Below, in pieces: positions 51,278-59,870 of a stretch of DNA of 64,000 bases; the first letter of the stretch is position 1, and each line of letters begins with the position of its first letter. The translations under genes were made by a program, and so were the position numbers. The stretch is from an uncultured Bacteroidales bacterium. GTDB taxonomy: Bacteria; Bacteroidota; Bacteroidia; Bacteroidales; VadinHA17. The stretch is from positions 2,550,053-2,614,052 of the forward strand of contig CAWFKI010000005.1 in assembly GCA_963816345.1 (NCBI GenBank). Reading direction: 5' to 3'. Under the pieces are notes generated by a model. The model saw nothing but the letters and a program-made list of their open reading frames with translations. It was not told the origin of the DNA and made no database searches.

Positions 51278-52645
51278 ATGGAAAAACTCAGAAAAATCAT
51301 CCTAAGTGAAAAAGAAATGCCAACGCACTGGTATAATATTATGGCAGATATGCCAAACAAGCCATTGCCTCCGTTACATCCCGGAACAAAAAAGCCTGTA
51401 GGTCCTGAGGATCTTGCAGCTGTTTTCCCCATGGAACTGATCAAACAGGAGGTATCAACAGAAAGATATATCGAGATACCTGATGAGGTCCTTTCTCTTT
51501 ATCATACCTATCGTCCGTCACCGCTCTTCAGGGCTCTGGGTCTCGAGAAGGCTATTGGTACAAAAAGCAAAATATACTACAAGTATGAGGGAGGCAACTA
51601 TTCCGGTTCGCATAAAGCCAATACTGCCATTCCCCAGGCCTATTACAACAAGAAGGAGGGAGTACGCAGGATCACCACTGAGACCGGCGCCGGGCAGTGG
51701 GGAAGTGCGATGAGCTTTGCCTGTAACCATTTCGGTCTCGAACTGCTGGTCTTCATGGTAAGGGTCAGCTACGAACAGAAGCCTGGCCGTAAGCTTCTTA
51801 TGAATGCCTATAATGCAAAGGTGGTTCCATCACCCAGCTCAATGACCGAGGCCGGCAGAAAAGTACTTGAAATGTTTCCTGATTCCCCGGGCAGCCTCGG
51901 GATCGCAATCTCTGAAGCGATGGAGGTGGCAGTTCAGGATCCCTATACCAAATACTCACTCGGAAGCGTTCTCAATCATGTTATCCTGCATCAGACCATT
52001 ATCGGACAGGAAGCCCTTATACAGATGGGAAAGACAGATGATTATCCGGATGTGGTAATCGGTTGTTTCGGTGGCGGTTCCAACTTCTCCGGAATAGCAT
52101 TTCCGTTTCTGAGGGAAAATCTGGTCAATGGTAAGAAGACAAGGCTTCTGACAGTTGAACCAGCTTCATGCCCTAAGCTTACAAAAGGAAAATTCATGTA
52201 TGACTTTGGTGATTCTGCAGGAATGACCCCTCTTCTCCCGATGTACACCCTGGGTCATAATTTCATCCCTGCAAAGATCCATGCAGGCGGCCTTCGCTAT
52301 CATGGCGCCGGTGTTCTGGTAAGCCAGCTTCTGAAGGACGGATTCATCGAGGCCAGGGCCAAGATGCAGAGGGAATGTTTTGAAGCCGGAGTGCTTTTTG
52401 CAAGAACCGAAGGGATCCTGCCGGCACCCGAATCTACATACGCTATTGCTGCAGCTCTTGATGAAGCAAGGACAGCCGATCTCGAGGGAGTATCAAAAAC
52501 AATTCTCTTTAACCTGAGCGGACACGGTCATTTTGATATCTCGGCTTATGAGAAATATTTTGAGGGAAATCTGCCCGACCATGAGATGACAACCGCAGAG
52601 GTCGAGGAGGCTATCTCAAAAATAGATCTGCCGGTATTGATGTAA
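51278..52645 (+). CDS. trpB: TrpB2-type (long, stand-alone) tryptophan synthase beta-like PLP enzyme
   Basis: 455 aa. The N-terminal extension EMPTHWYNIMADMPNKPLPPLHP is typical of TrpB2. Motifs: GSHKANTA (PLP lysine), TETGAGQWGSA, GGGSNF. Confidence 0.88.
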   Translation: MEKLRKIILSEKEMPTHWYNIMADMPNKPLPPLHPGTKKPVGPEDLAAVFPMELIKQEVSTERYIEIPDEVLSLYHTYRPSPLFRALGLEKAIGTKSKIYYKYEGGNYSGSHKANTAIPQAYYNKKEGVRRITTETGAGQWGSAMSFACNHFGLELLVFMVRVSYEQKPGRKLLMNAYNAKVVPSPSSMTEAGRKVLEMFPDSPGSLGIAISEAMEVAVQDPYTKYSLGSVLNHVILHQTIIGQEALIQMGKTDDYPDVVIGCFGGGSNFSGIAFPFLRENLVNGKKTRLLTVEPASCPKLTKGKFMYDFGDSAGMTPLLPMYTLGHNFIPAKIHAGGLRYHGAGVLVSQLLKDGFIEARAKMQRECFEAGVLFARTEGILPAPESTYAIAAALDEARTADLEGVSKTILFNLSGHGHFDISAYEKYFEGNLPDHEMTTAEVEEAISKIDLPVLM

Positions 52646-52684
52646 AATTATTTTCTTCTCTTTTAGTTTAAAACCCATCCCCTT

Positions 52685-52940
52685 CCCCTTCCCTTAAGAG
52701 TAAGGGAAGGGGTAAGAGCCTTATCATAAATGACTTAGTTTTTCCCTCCCCTTATTTTTTAAGGGGAGGGTCAGGGAGGGGTTAAAAATAAAATAAAGAG
52801 GGGCCAGGGGTGGGTTTAAGGGAATGGCCAGGGCTCCGGGTTAGCAGAAAAAACGGCGAAGTCTGGAGACTTCGCCGAGCGTGCCACGATAGCTATCGTT
52901 ATGAGAGTAAGTTTAACGGCGAAGTCTGGAGACTTCGCCG
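52685..52940. repeat. Cluster of perfect hairpins/palindromes downstream of trpB2
   Basis: CCCCTTCCCTTA-AGAG-TAAGGGAAGGGG (52685-52712). CCCTCCCCTTA-TTTTT-TAAGGGGAGGG (52744-52770). CAGGGGTGGGTT motif (52805-52817). CGGCGAAGTCTGGAGACTTCGCCG twice (52854-52877, 52917-52940). ACGATAGCTATCGT sits between the last two. Confidence 0.9.
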
Positions 52941-52963
52941 GGCAGTAAGCCGGTAGCTGTCTC

Positions 52964-53770
52964 CTAGAAATCAGAATATGATGTCGGATGAAGCAGGTAA
53001 ATATTTGCTTTGGAGACTGTGTTCTTATATTCATCCAAAGCAGATAATTTCTTCCATTCAGGTGAACTGCCGAATTCCTTCCAGTGCGCATCGTGCGATT
53101 TCATATCCGCAAAGGTGGTCATGTACATCAGGTTTGGCTTCTGGCTGCCGGCAAGAACTTCTCCGTAAAATACAGCATTGAAATTAAGCTTCTTAAACAG
53201 AGCAATTTCGCCTCCCTTGTTGAACATTTCTATCTTTTTGGCAGCCTTTGCCTCAGTGGCACTTTCATAACTGCGTAATTCATAAATCCTTTCCGAAGCA
53301 GGTGTTGAGTAACTGGGAGCCATGAACTGAGGCATATCAAGGAATGCCTTCAGAAGGATGCTCTGATGCCTCTGATATGGAGGATTGTCGATTGGCGCAT
53401 CAAGGAAGGACTTTCCTGCTGCTTCATAAGTCTTATCCTTCTCCAGGGTAGCAGGCAACAGCAAAAACTGATCAAAGGAGTTATATGGAATAAAAACATA
53501 TATCATCTTCCCGAAGGATGCAGTGTCGCTCTCCACAGGCTTGAATACGCCTACCTTTTGAATACCTGCCCGGTGCAGCGCAGGAATAAAGGCATCTTTC
53601 AGAAAAGCATCAACCTTTCCTGACTGAACACTATTTGCGACCTGGTAGATCCGAATCTCGTAATACTGCTGTTTTACAGGAGCTGTGCCATAGCTTGTGA
53701 ATGAACATGCTATAAATAACAACAATGGAAGAGCCATGAGAGGCCGTCTGATAAATTCTGATTTTTTCAT
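52964..53770 (-). CDS. NIPSNAP-family protein (two NIPSNAP domains), secreted
   Basis: 268 aa with a signal peptide. It has two repeats of the YE(I/L)R.Y... ferredoxin-like NIPSNAP pattern (YYEIRIYQV, IYELRSYES...MFNKGGEIALF). Confidence 0.65.
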   Translation of the reverse strand: MKKSEFIRRPLMALPLLLFIACSFTSYGTAPVKQQYYEIRIYQVANSVQSGKVDAFLKDAFIPALHRAGIQKVGVFKPVESDTASFGKMIYVFIPYNSFDQFLLLPATLEKDKTYEAAGKSFLDAPIDNPPYQRHQSILLKAFLDMPQFMAPSYSTPASERIYELRSYESATEAKAAKKIEMFNKGGEIALFKKLNFNAVFYGEVLAGSQKPNLMYMTTFADMKSHDAHWKEFGSSPEWKKLSALDEYKNTVSKANIYLLHPTSYSDF

Positions 53771-53827
53771 AGATGAGGTTATTAATTTTTAACTACATTA
53801 AAGATAGGCATTTTAACCAGGTCAGGC

Positions 53828-55186
53828 TCATTCATTACTGGTATTCTCAATATGCACGAAATTAAGCGGTTTACGAAACCAGTTTGTCCTGTAGGCTCCG
53901 TATAGTACGCCGGCAGAAAGCCAGCACATTCCAACGATCTTGGCATTGAGTCCCAGGCTTAGCCACAGGAAGAAACAGATTGTAAATCCAAGGAATGGAA
54001 TAAGTAGGTTAATGAATGACTTTTTTTCATTATGTAAAAAATAACGGGTGAAAGAGGAGGCATTTACGCCCATAAAAGCAATAAGGGCTCCGAAATTCAA
54101 TAGCTGGGCTCCAATCGGATAGGTAAGCAAAAATGCGCCTCCGAGAGTTAATGCACCAACAAGTATTATATTATTTGATGGTACCCGTGTGCGGGCATTC
54201 ACAACACCAAAGAATTTCTTTGGAATAGCATTATCGCGTCCCATTCCATAGAGAAGCCTGCCGGCTCCGAGCTGTGCCCCGGCACCTGAACCAATAGTTG
54301 CTACAAGCAGGGCAAGGTTTACCGTATGAAAAAGCCACTGGCCGCCTGCTCTGCCGGCAACGAAACAGAAAGCGGTATCCTGATCAGGGAAAGTTGTTGC
54401 CGGCCATACCATCTGGGCGAAATAGACCTGAACCGAAGCAAGGACCCCGGTAATAATGCAGACAAGAACAGAAGCCAGAAGGATATTGCGTCTTGGATTA
54501 TGTACCTCTTCCGACAGCGTCGATATTCCATCAAATCCGATATACGTCAGTACTGCAAGTGATGCACCCGCAGAAACTCCGGAAAATGAAAAAGTTTTCG
54601 GATCATAAAAGGGCCTTGTCCAGTCAGCTGCTCCGGCGGGTGGGTGAATAAGCAGATACCTTACCGCTGCTCCGAGAAACAACACTATCACTACTCCCAG
54701 CCCTGTTGCAATTACTGCATTTGTCCTTGAACTCGATTCGATGCCACGAAGGTTCATTCCTGTAAAAAGTAATGTGAAAACCACGAGGTAAACCCCCAAC
54801 GGTATCTCAGGAATCAGATTGATTGCAGCTTTGCTGACCCATATCACGCATATTATCGGATTCATTACATAATCGAAGATCATGCCCCAGCCGACAAAGT
54901 AACCCAATGCAGGATGGATCTCCCTGCTGACATACGTATAGGCGGAACCGGCGCTGGGATATGCATTGGCCATCTTTCCGTAACTTATTGCCGTAAAAAG
55001 CATTCCGACCATCCCGATCAGGATCGTAGTGACAACATGCCCTTTGGCCAGGCCGACGGCAGCACCGAAAAGCGGCATCGGAGCAGTAGGCTGAATAAGG
55101 ATTATACCGTACAGCACAAGGGCTGACAAACCCAGAACCCGCTTTAAGCCTGGACCGGAACCGGACGATGATTGGGTATTACTCAT
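53828..55186 (-). CDS. APC-superfamily amino acid/polyamine permease
   Basis: 452 aa with about 12 TM segments. The N-terminal LKRVLGLSALVLYGIILIQPTAP pattern resembles PuuP/amino-acid permeases. Confidence 0.8.
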   Translation of the reverse strand: MSNTQSSSGSGPGLKRVLGLSALVLYGIILIQPTAPMPLFGAAVGLAKGHVVTTILIGMVGMLFTAISYGKMANAYPSAGSAYTYVSREIHPALGYFVGWGMIFDYVMNPIICVIWVSKAAINLIPEIPLGVYLVVFTLLFTGMNLRGIESSSRTNAVIATGLGVVIVLFLGAAVRYLLIHPPAGAADWTRPFYDPKTFSFSGVSAGASLAVLTYIGFDGISTLSEEVHNPRRNILLASVLVCIITGVLASVQVYFAQMVWPATTFPDQDTAFCFVAGRAGGQWLFHTVNLALLVATIGSGAGAQLGAGRLLYGMGRDNAIPKKFFGVVNARTRVPSNNIILVGALTLGGAFLLTYPIGAQLLNFGALIAFMGVNASSFTRYFLHNEKKSFINLLIPFLGFTICFFLWLSLGLNAKIVGMCWLSAGVLYGAYRTNWFRKPLNFVHIENTSNE

Positions 55187-55349
55187 AATTTTAAAGGGAT
55201 TTAAAGATACAATGTCATATATGATTATCTATATTTGGAAACATCTTTCCGGGAATTTCAAATATGCAAAATAAAAGGTAAATAATCCGAAATAGATTAA
55301 TTATTTTAGACAAATTTTGAAACTGAACAATTAACATTTAATTCAAATC

Positions 55350-56474
55350 ATGGAAAACCAAAACAACCCTTCTGTAAAAAGATTACAGTCGCTTGATGCA
55401 CTTCGTGGATTCGATATGTTCTGGATCATGGGCGGAGAAGGAATTTTCGTTGGTCTTGCCACCCTCACCGGCTGGCCGGTATTAACCTGGTGGGCAGGAC
55501 AACTTGACCATGTGCCATGGCACGGTTTCCATTTTTATGATATGATCTTTCCCCTGTTTCTCTTCATAGCCGGAATATCATTTCCGTTTTCCCTGGCCAA
55601 GAGAATCAGGAATAATGACAGCAGGCAATCAATATATAAACACGTAATAGGCCGTGGATTGATACTTGTCCTTTTAGGCATTGTCTATAATAACGGGGTA
55701 AATTTCGATTTTGCCAATATGCGCTACGGAAGCGTCCTTGGACGTATCGGTCTGGCATGGATGTTTGCCGCCATTATTTTCATGAATACAAATCTCACCT
55801 GGCGTATAGTCTGGCTCGTCGGAATACTGGTTGTCTACTGGCTGCTGTTCCTGATCTTTCCTGCCCACGATCTTGGCGCTACCGACCCCTTCTCAATGGA
55901 AGGGAACCTGGCCGGACATATTGACCGCCTCCTGTTACCCGGGAGATTTTGCTGCTACAAATTCGGCGATAGTGAAGGTATCATGAGTACAATACCTGCA
56001 ATCTCAACAGCCCTGCTTGGTATGCTTACCGGAGAGTTTGTAAAGTCACAATACCTGGCCGCTAAACCCGTGCGAAAGGTTCTTTATATGATCCTGGCTG
56101 CAATAGGCTTAATTATCCTTGGCAGGATATGGAATCTCGGTTTTCCTATCAATAAATACCTGTGGTCAAGTTCATTCGTCTGTTTTGTTGGCGGATTGAG
56201 CCTGCTCCTCTTCTCAATCTTCTATCTGATAATAGATGTATGGCAATATAATAAATGGATACTCTTCTTTGTGGTAATAGGCATGAACCCTATAACCATT
56301 TACCTAACAGGCAGAATTGTCAATTTCGGTGCGGCATCCAGGTTCTTCTTCGGCGGAATTACTGCCCTTCTGCCCGAATCATGGGCACCTTTCATGGACG
56401 GATTGGGGATAACCACCGTGGCATGGGTATTCCTTTATATTCTGTACAAAAAGAAGATATTTCTGAAAGTATAA
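55350..56474 (+). CDS. DUF5009/DUF1624 membrane protein (heparan-alpha-glucosaminide N-acetyltransferase-like, NagX-like)
   Basis: 374 aa, polytopic. The N-terminal RLQSLDALRGFDMFWIMG signature is typical of this acyltransferase-like family. Confidence 0.65.
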   Translation: MENQNNPSVKRLQSLDALRGFDMFWIMGGEGIFVGLATLTGWPVLTWWAGQLDHVPWHGFHFYDMIFPLFLFIAGISFPFSLAKRIRNNDSRQSIYKHVIGRGLILVLLGIVYNNGVNFDFANMRYGSVLGRIGLAWMFAAIIFMNTNLTWRIVWLVGILVVYWLLFLIFPAHDLGATDPFSMEGNLAGHIDRLLLPGRFCCYKFGDSEGIMSTIPAISTALLGMLTGEFVKSQYLAAKPVRKVLYMILAAIGLIILGRIWNLGFPINKYLWSSSFVCFVGGLSLLLFSIFYLIIDVWQYNKWILFFVVIGMNPITIYLTGRIVNFGAASRFFFGGITALLPESWAPFMDGLGITTVAWVFLYILYKKKIFLKV

Positions 56475-56477
56475 AAA

Positions 56478-56955
56478 AAGCGAAGTCTGGAGACTTCGCT
56501 TAACAACTTCGCTTAGCAACTTCGCTTAGCGACCCGCTGGCGCCGATTTGTAATTGGTGCCATATCGATTTCCGCTGGCGCCGATTTGTAATCGGTGCCA
56601 TAAACAAAATTACATAAATATTAAATAGGCACGGATTGCAAAGCGCTGCCCGCTGGCAGACCCCCAAACCCCCTAAAGGGGGCTTTTTTATCGTGATCTA
56701 CAAGTTTTCAGTATTACGCGAAGTGTCATACCACGACACCGCTGTGTCAGCCAAGCTCAGCGAAGGCTGATTCTGAATACCGGATACCGGGTTGGCACGG
56801 ATTGCAAATCTGCGCCATAATCGGTGTCATAAATGAAAATTATATTGTAAGTGATGCGGATAACTGCACTGATGCTAATTGGCACGGATTGTAAATCCGC
56901 GCCAGCGCAAGGGAGGAGGGGCCTCCGCTGGCGCCGATTTGCAATCGGTGCCATA
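56478..56955. repeat. Dense repeat/hairpin field
   Basis: Palindrome AAGCGAAGTCTGGAGACTTCGCTT at 56478-56501. AACTTCGCTTAGC x2 at 56505-56530. CCGCTGGCGCCGATTTGYAATYGGTGCCATA x3 at 56534-56564, 56572-56602 and 56925-56955. The inverted relative GGCACGGATTGYAAA...GCC x3 at 56628-56650, 56794-56816 and 56881-56907. Confidence 0.9.
56669..56689 (+). terminator. Candidate intrinsic terminator
   Basis: CCCCC-TAAA-GGGGG followed by C and T6. The short 5-bp GC stem makes this only moderately convincing. Confidence 0.4.
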
Positions 56956-56972
56956 GATAAAATATACCATCT

Positions 56973-58048
56973 TTATTTTTTGACAATGAGTACTATTGCA
57001 TCATTTGCATTGATTGTAAATGATTTTCCGGATGGAATTTTACCATATAAATTTTCAGCTATCTTCCAACCCTCCTTCAGTTTCAGGTCTGCAGTACCAT
57101 CTTCATTATTATAATTGATAAGTACTACCACCCGTTCATTATCACTGATACTATGCTCTGTCACACCGATATAAGGATTGTTCTGAGTTAAGACCCTGTC
57201 CTGGATAACATCTTTTGCAACAAGCTTGTATATATTATAGTAAGCCGGCATTCCCATGTCAAAGGCACCGGGGGTATTCGCCAGGTTGCTCTCCAGCGGG
57301 AAGGTAAGCAGGTAACTTTCCCTTGCCATATTGTGAGACCATCAGCGCCGGATCCCCATCAGGCTCTCTCCCCAGCACTTCAAGATCGACAGGAGTTATG
57401 TTGAGCTTTCGTTCAGAGAATGTCTCAAAATTAAGGCTGTCATTCCCGATCCTGGAATTAAAATGCAAAGCTCCGAATACGCCGGATATTAGTCCGGATC
57501 TCTATCCCCATTGGTTCAGTCAGTGTTGGCAGATATACAAAATCAAGGGAAAGATACAGAGTGGCGCCCTGTTTTACTTTGTCAAGTATCCCATACCAGG
57601 AATCTTTAAAAATGGCATACAATCCCTTTACTGAAGGAAGCATATAAACAGCGGCTTCCCTCAGCTCCTTGCCTGATTTCTGGAACTGAATATCAAATCC
57701 GGTGCTTTGCCAGTATAAAGCTGCTGTAAGCCGCTGCCCAGCTGTCCTGTCCTTCCGTCAGAATGCAAACAGCTTCTGTTTTACGTGGAGGAAGTGTTTT
57801 AAAGGGAAGTTTCTCAAGAAAACCGGAGAAATTTTTAAATTCGGCGAGTACCGGCTTGGGAGTTCTGTCTTCTCTTATTAGTCCAGCTGCTGCTCTACTG
57901 CCGAGTAATTATATGGAGGATAATCAAGCTGAGCGATCAAAACCGCACCACCACAACATCCCTTTGCAATCATGTGCCCAGTTTGAAAAAAGTGCCGTCC
58001 GGGCAAAAGCGGCTTTTTCCTTCTCTCCTGCATCATCGGGCCCATCAT
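56973..58048 (-). pseudogene. Degraded glycoside-hydrolase remnant (clan GH-A barrel end + GH42-like middle/C-terminal domains), N-terminal half missing
   Basis: At least six colinear fragments in different frames: ...GMLWWCGFD / QLDYPPYNYSAVEQQ / GLIREDRTPKPVLAEF...AVCILTEGQDSWAAAY / TGFDIQFQKSGKELREAAVYMLPSVKGLY... / 57468-57259 / 57329-56973. The upstream end abuts the repeat module starting about 58049. Confidence 0.6.
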
Positions 58049-58415
58049 CTTTCTTTTTACGCAAAAAGAAAGTACCAAAGAAAATGCGCCGGAAAAGACA
58101 ACCCCACCCTGTTTGTCCGCCTGCTGCACAAGGCCTTAAAGGCGCCACCAAACAGGGTGCGGTTCGCACCTTTTCCGGTTTGCCCTCGCGCCGCTAAAGA
58201 TGATAATTTTGGAAATGCGAATGGACAGGCCACGCCATGGCGTGGCCCTACGACCTCAAACATACAATAATGTAGGGTCATGCCATGGCATGACCCTTTC
58301 AATCGTAATCCAGGCACTTTAAAATCCTTTCCATTTTATGTCATTAGAATCACAATTACGCGAGCACAATTGAAGTTTTCCTCTGCAGGTTGTGTGCTCC
58401 ATGCTTTCCGCTCTC
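58049..58415. repeat. Composite hairpin module, left copy (inverted relative to 61209-61526)
   Basis: The reverse complement of 58181-58300 matches 61279-61398 with about 4 differences in 120 nt. The ends also match (CTTTCTTTTTACGCAAAAAGAAAG; heptamer/GCATGGAG block). The central hairpin differs, and about 75 nt (58303-58375) are extra. Confidence 0.85.
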
Positions 58416-58513
58416 CGCTCTACGCTCAAATCTCAAATCTCCGATTACCGATTACCGATTACCGAATACCTTTTAACCCTGTACTCGGTGCCCTGTGCCC
58501 TGAGCCCTGCGCC
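58404..58513. repeat. Phase-locked mosaic heptanucleotide array (about 15.5 units, four sequence families)
   Basis: On the plus strand: CTTTCCG CTCTCCG CTCTACG CTCAAAT CTCAAAT CTCCGAT TACCGAT TACCGAT TACCGAA TACCTTT TAACCCT GTACTCG GTGCCCT GTGCCCT GAGCCCT GCGCC. The 7-nt register is unbroken, and it starts 3 nt after the dctA stop. Confidence 0.9.
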
Positions 58514-58516
58514 ATA

Positions 58517-59761
58517 TCACCCCATCTCTTTCCTTGCCACGTCCAGATCAATCTCCTTTTCCCATTTTGCAATGACTACCGTTGCAACGGAATTCCCAAT
58601 AAGGTTTGTGATAGCTCTCGCCTCACTCATGAAGCGGTCAATGCCAAGAATTAAAGCAAGCGAGGCAACAGGGATATTTCCAACTGTCGGAAGAAGGGCC
58701 GCAAGAGTTATAAAGCCACTGCCTGTCACCCCGGCAGCGCCCTTGGATACGAGCAGCAGGACAAGCAGCATCGTCACCTGGTGAGTGAGAGTCAAAGGTG
58801 TATTTGTAGCCTGCGCAAGAAATACTGCTGCCATTGTCAGGTAAATTGAAGTGCCGTCGAGATTAAAGGAATATCCTGTGGGAATTACCAGTCCCACAAC
58901 AGATTCCGATACTCCCCCCTTTTGCAGCTTAGCCATCAGACTAGGCAGTGCAGCCTCTGACGACGAAGTGCCAAGCACGATAAGGATCTCTTCCTTTATA
59001 AATCCGAGCACTCTGAAAATATTAAAGCCAGCGTACTTCAGGATACTTCCTAACACAATAAATATGAATAGAATACAAGTTATATAAAACGACAGCATCA
59101 GCTGTCCCAGTGATGCAAGGGAGCCAACTCCGTATTTGCCTATTGTAAATGCCATTGCTCCAAAAGCTCCGACAGGTGCAACTTTCATGATGATATTAAT
59201 TACGGCAAACAGACCGGCTTCAAGAGATTTGATCCCCCTGAGTACAGGCCTGGCTTTTTCGCCTATCCTCGAGAGAGCGATACCGAAGAGAACTGAAAAA
59301 AACAGTATCTGCAGCAGATCGCCATTCGAAAGGGCATTAATAATATTATCAGGTATTATATGAAGCAGGAAGTTCACCACTCCGGTTGTCTTGCTTTGTG
59401 TGACATATGAAGCAACTGCATCGGCATCAAGGGTTGAGGGGTTTACATTCATGCCCGACCCTGGCTTGAGGATATTTATCACCCCAAGGCCGATAATGAG
59501 CGCCAGTGTTGTGATTACTTCAAAATAGATTATTGCTTTGATACCTACCCTTCCAACCTTTTTTATGTCCTGCATACCCGCAATCCCGTTCACTATTGTA
59601 CAGAAAATTACGGGTGCAATCATCATTTTCACAAGCTTGATGAACCCATCGCCCAGCGGCTTCATTTTGACTGCAATTGCCGGCCAGAAGAAACCAATTG
59701 CAATGCCGATCAATATGGCTGTAATAACCTGGGCATATAGACTTTTAAAGATCTTTGGCAT
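58517..59761 (-). CDS. dctA: C4-dicarboxylate/cation symporter (DAACS family)
   Basis: 414 aa, colinear with E. coli DctA: [38 protein letters not shown]. Confidence 0.88.
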   Translation of the reverse strand: MPKIFKSLYAQVITAILIGIAIGFFWPAIAVKMKPLGDGFIKLVKMMIAPVIFCTIVNGIAGMQDIKKVGRVGIKAIIYFEVITTLALIIGLGVINILKPGSGMNVNPSTLDADAVASYVTQSKTTGVVNFLLHIIPDNIINALSNGDLLQILFFSVLFGIALSRIGEKARPVLRGIKSLEAGLFAVINIIMKVAPVGAFGAMAFTIGKYGVGSLASLGQLMLSFYITCILFIFIVLGSILKYAGFNIFRVLGFIKEEILIVLGTSSSEAALPSLMAKLQKGGVSESVVGLVIPTGYSFNLDGTSIYLTMAAVFLAQATNTPLTLTHQVTMLLVLLLVSKGAAGVTGSGFITLAALLPTVGNIPVASLALILGIDRFMSEARAITNLIGNSVATVVIAKWEKEIDLDVARKEMG

Positions 59762-59870
59762 AATTTGTTCAAGGAATAATATGCTATAATATTAATGAAA
59801 TAAAATTAAACTGTATTTTTTTTTATCAGGAAGACCTGAAGAAACTAACTAAACAGGCGCGGATGTGATG

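Noticed and set aside
52816-53091. 91-aa minus-strand ORF containing AKSPDFAV twice
   Set aside because: The duplicated peptide is the translation of the two GGCGAAGTCTGGAGACTTCGCC palindromes, and the ORF overlaps the 3' end of the NIPSNAP gene.
56534-56602. Possible CRISPR array (two adjacent 31-nt repeats, plus the many short tandem repeats elsewhere)
   Set aside because: There are only two adjacent copies, separated by 7 nt, with no spacer-sized unique segments. The heptamer arrays have no spacers at all. No cas genes lie in the window.
56534-56955. tRNA-like or tmRNA-like genes suggested by the GGCGCC...GGTGCC stem-loops
   Set aside because: Only single 9-bp hairpins are present. There is no cloverleaf, no T-loop (GTTCRANYC) or D-loop consensus, and no acceptor stem pairing.
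57763-58784. Several 80-144-aa ORFs on both strands (57763-58197, 57974-58270, 58057-58317, 58280-58654, 58392-58784), and likewise 61173-61471
   Set aside because: They run through palindromes and heptamer arrays, giving repeat-derived, Pro/Arg/Ala-rich sequences. Some are mirror images of each other across the inverted repeat, and others overlap dctA antisense.
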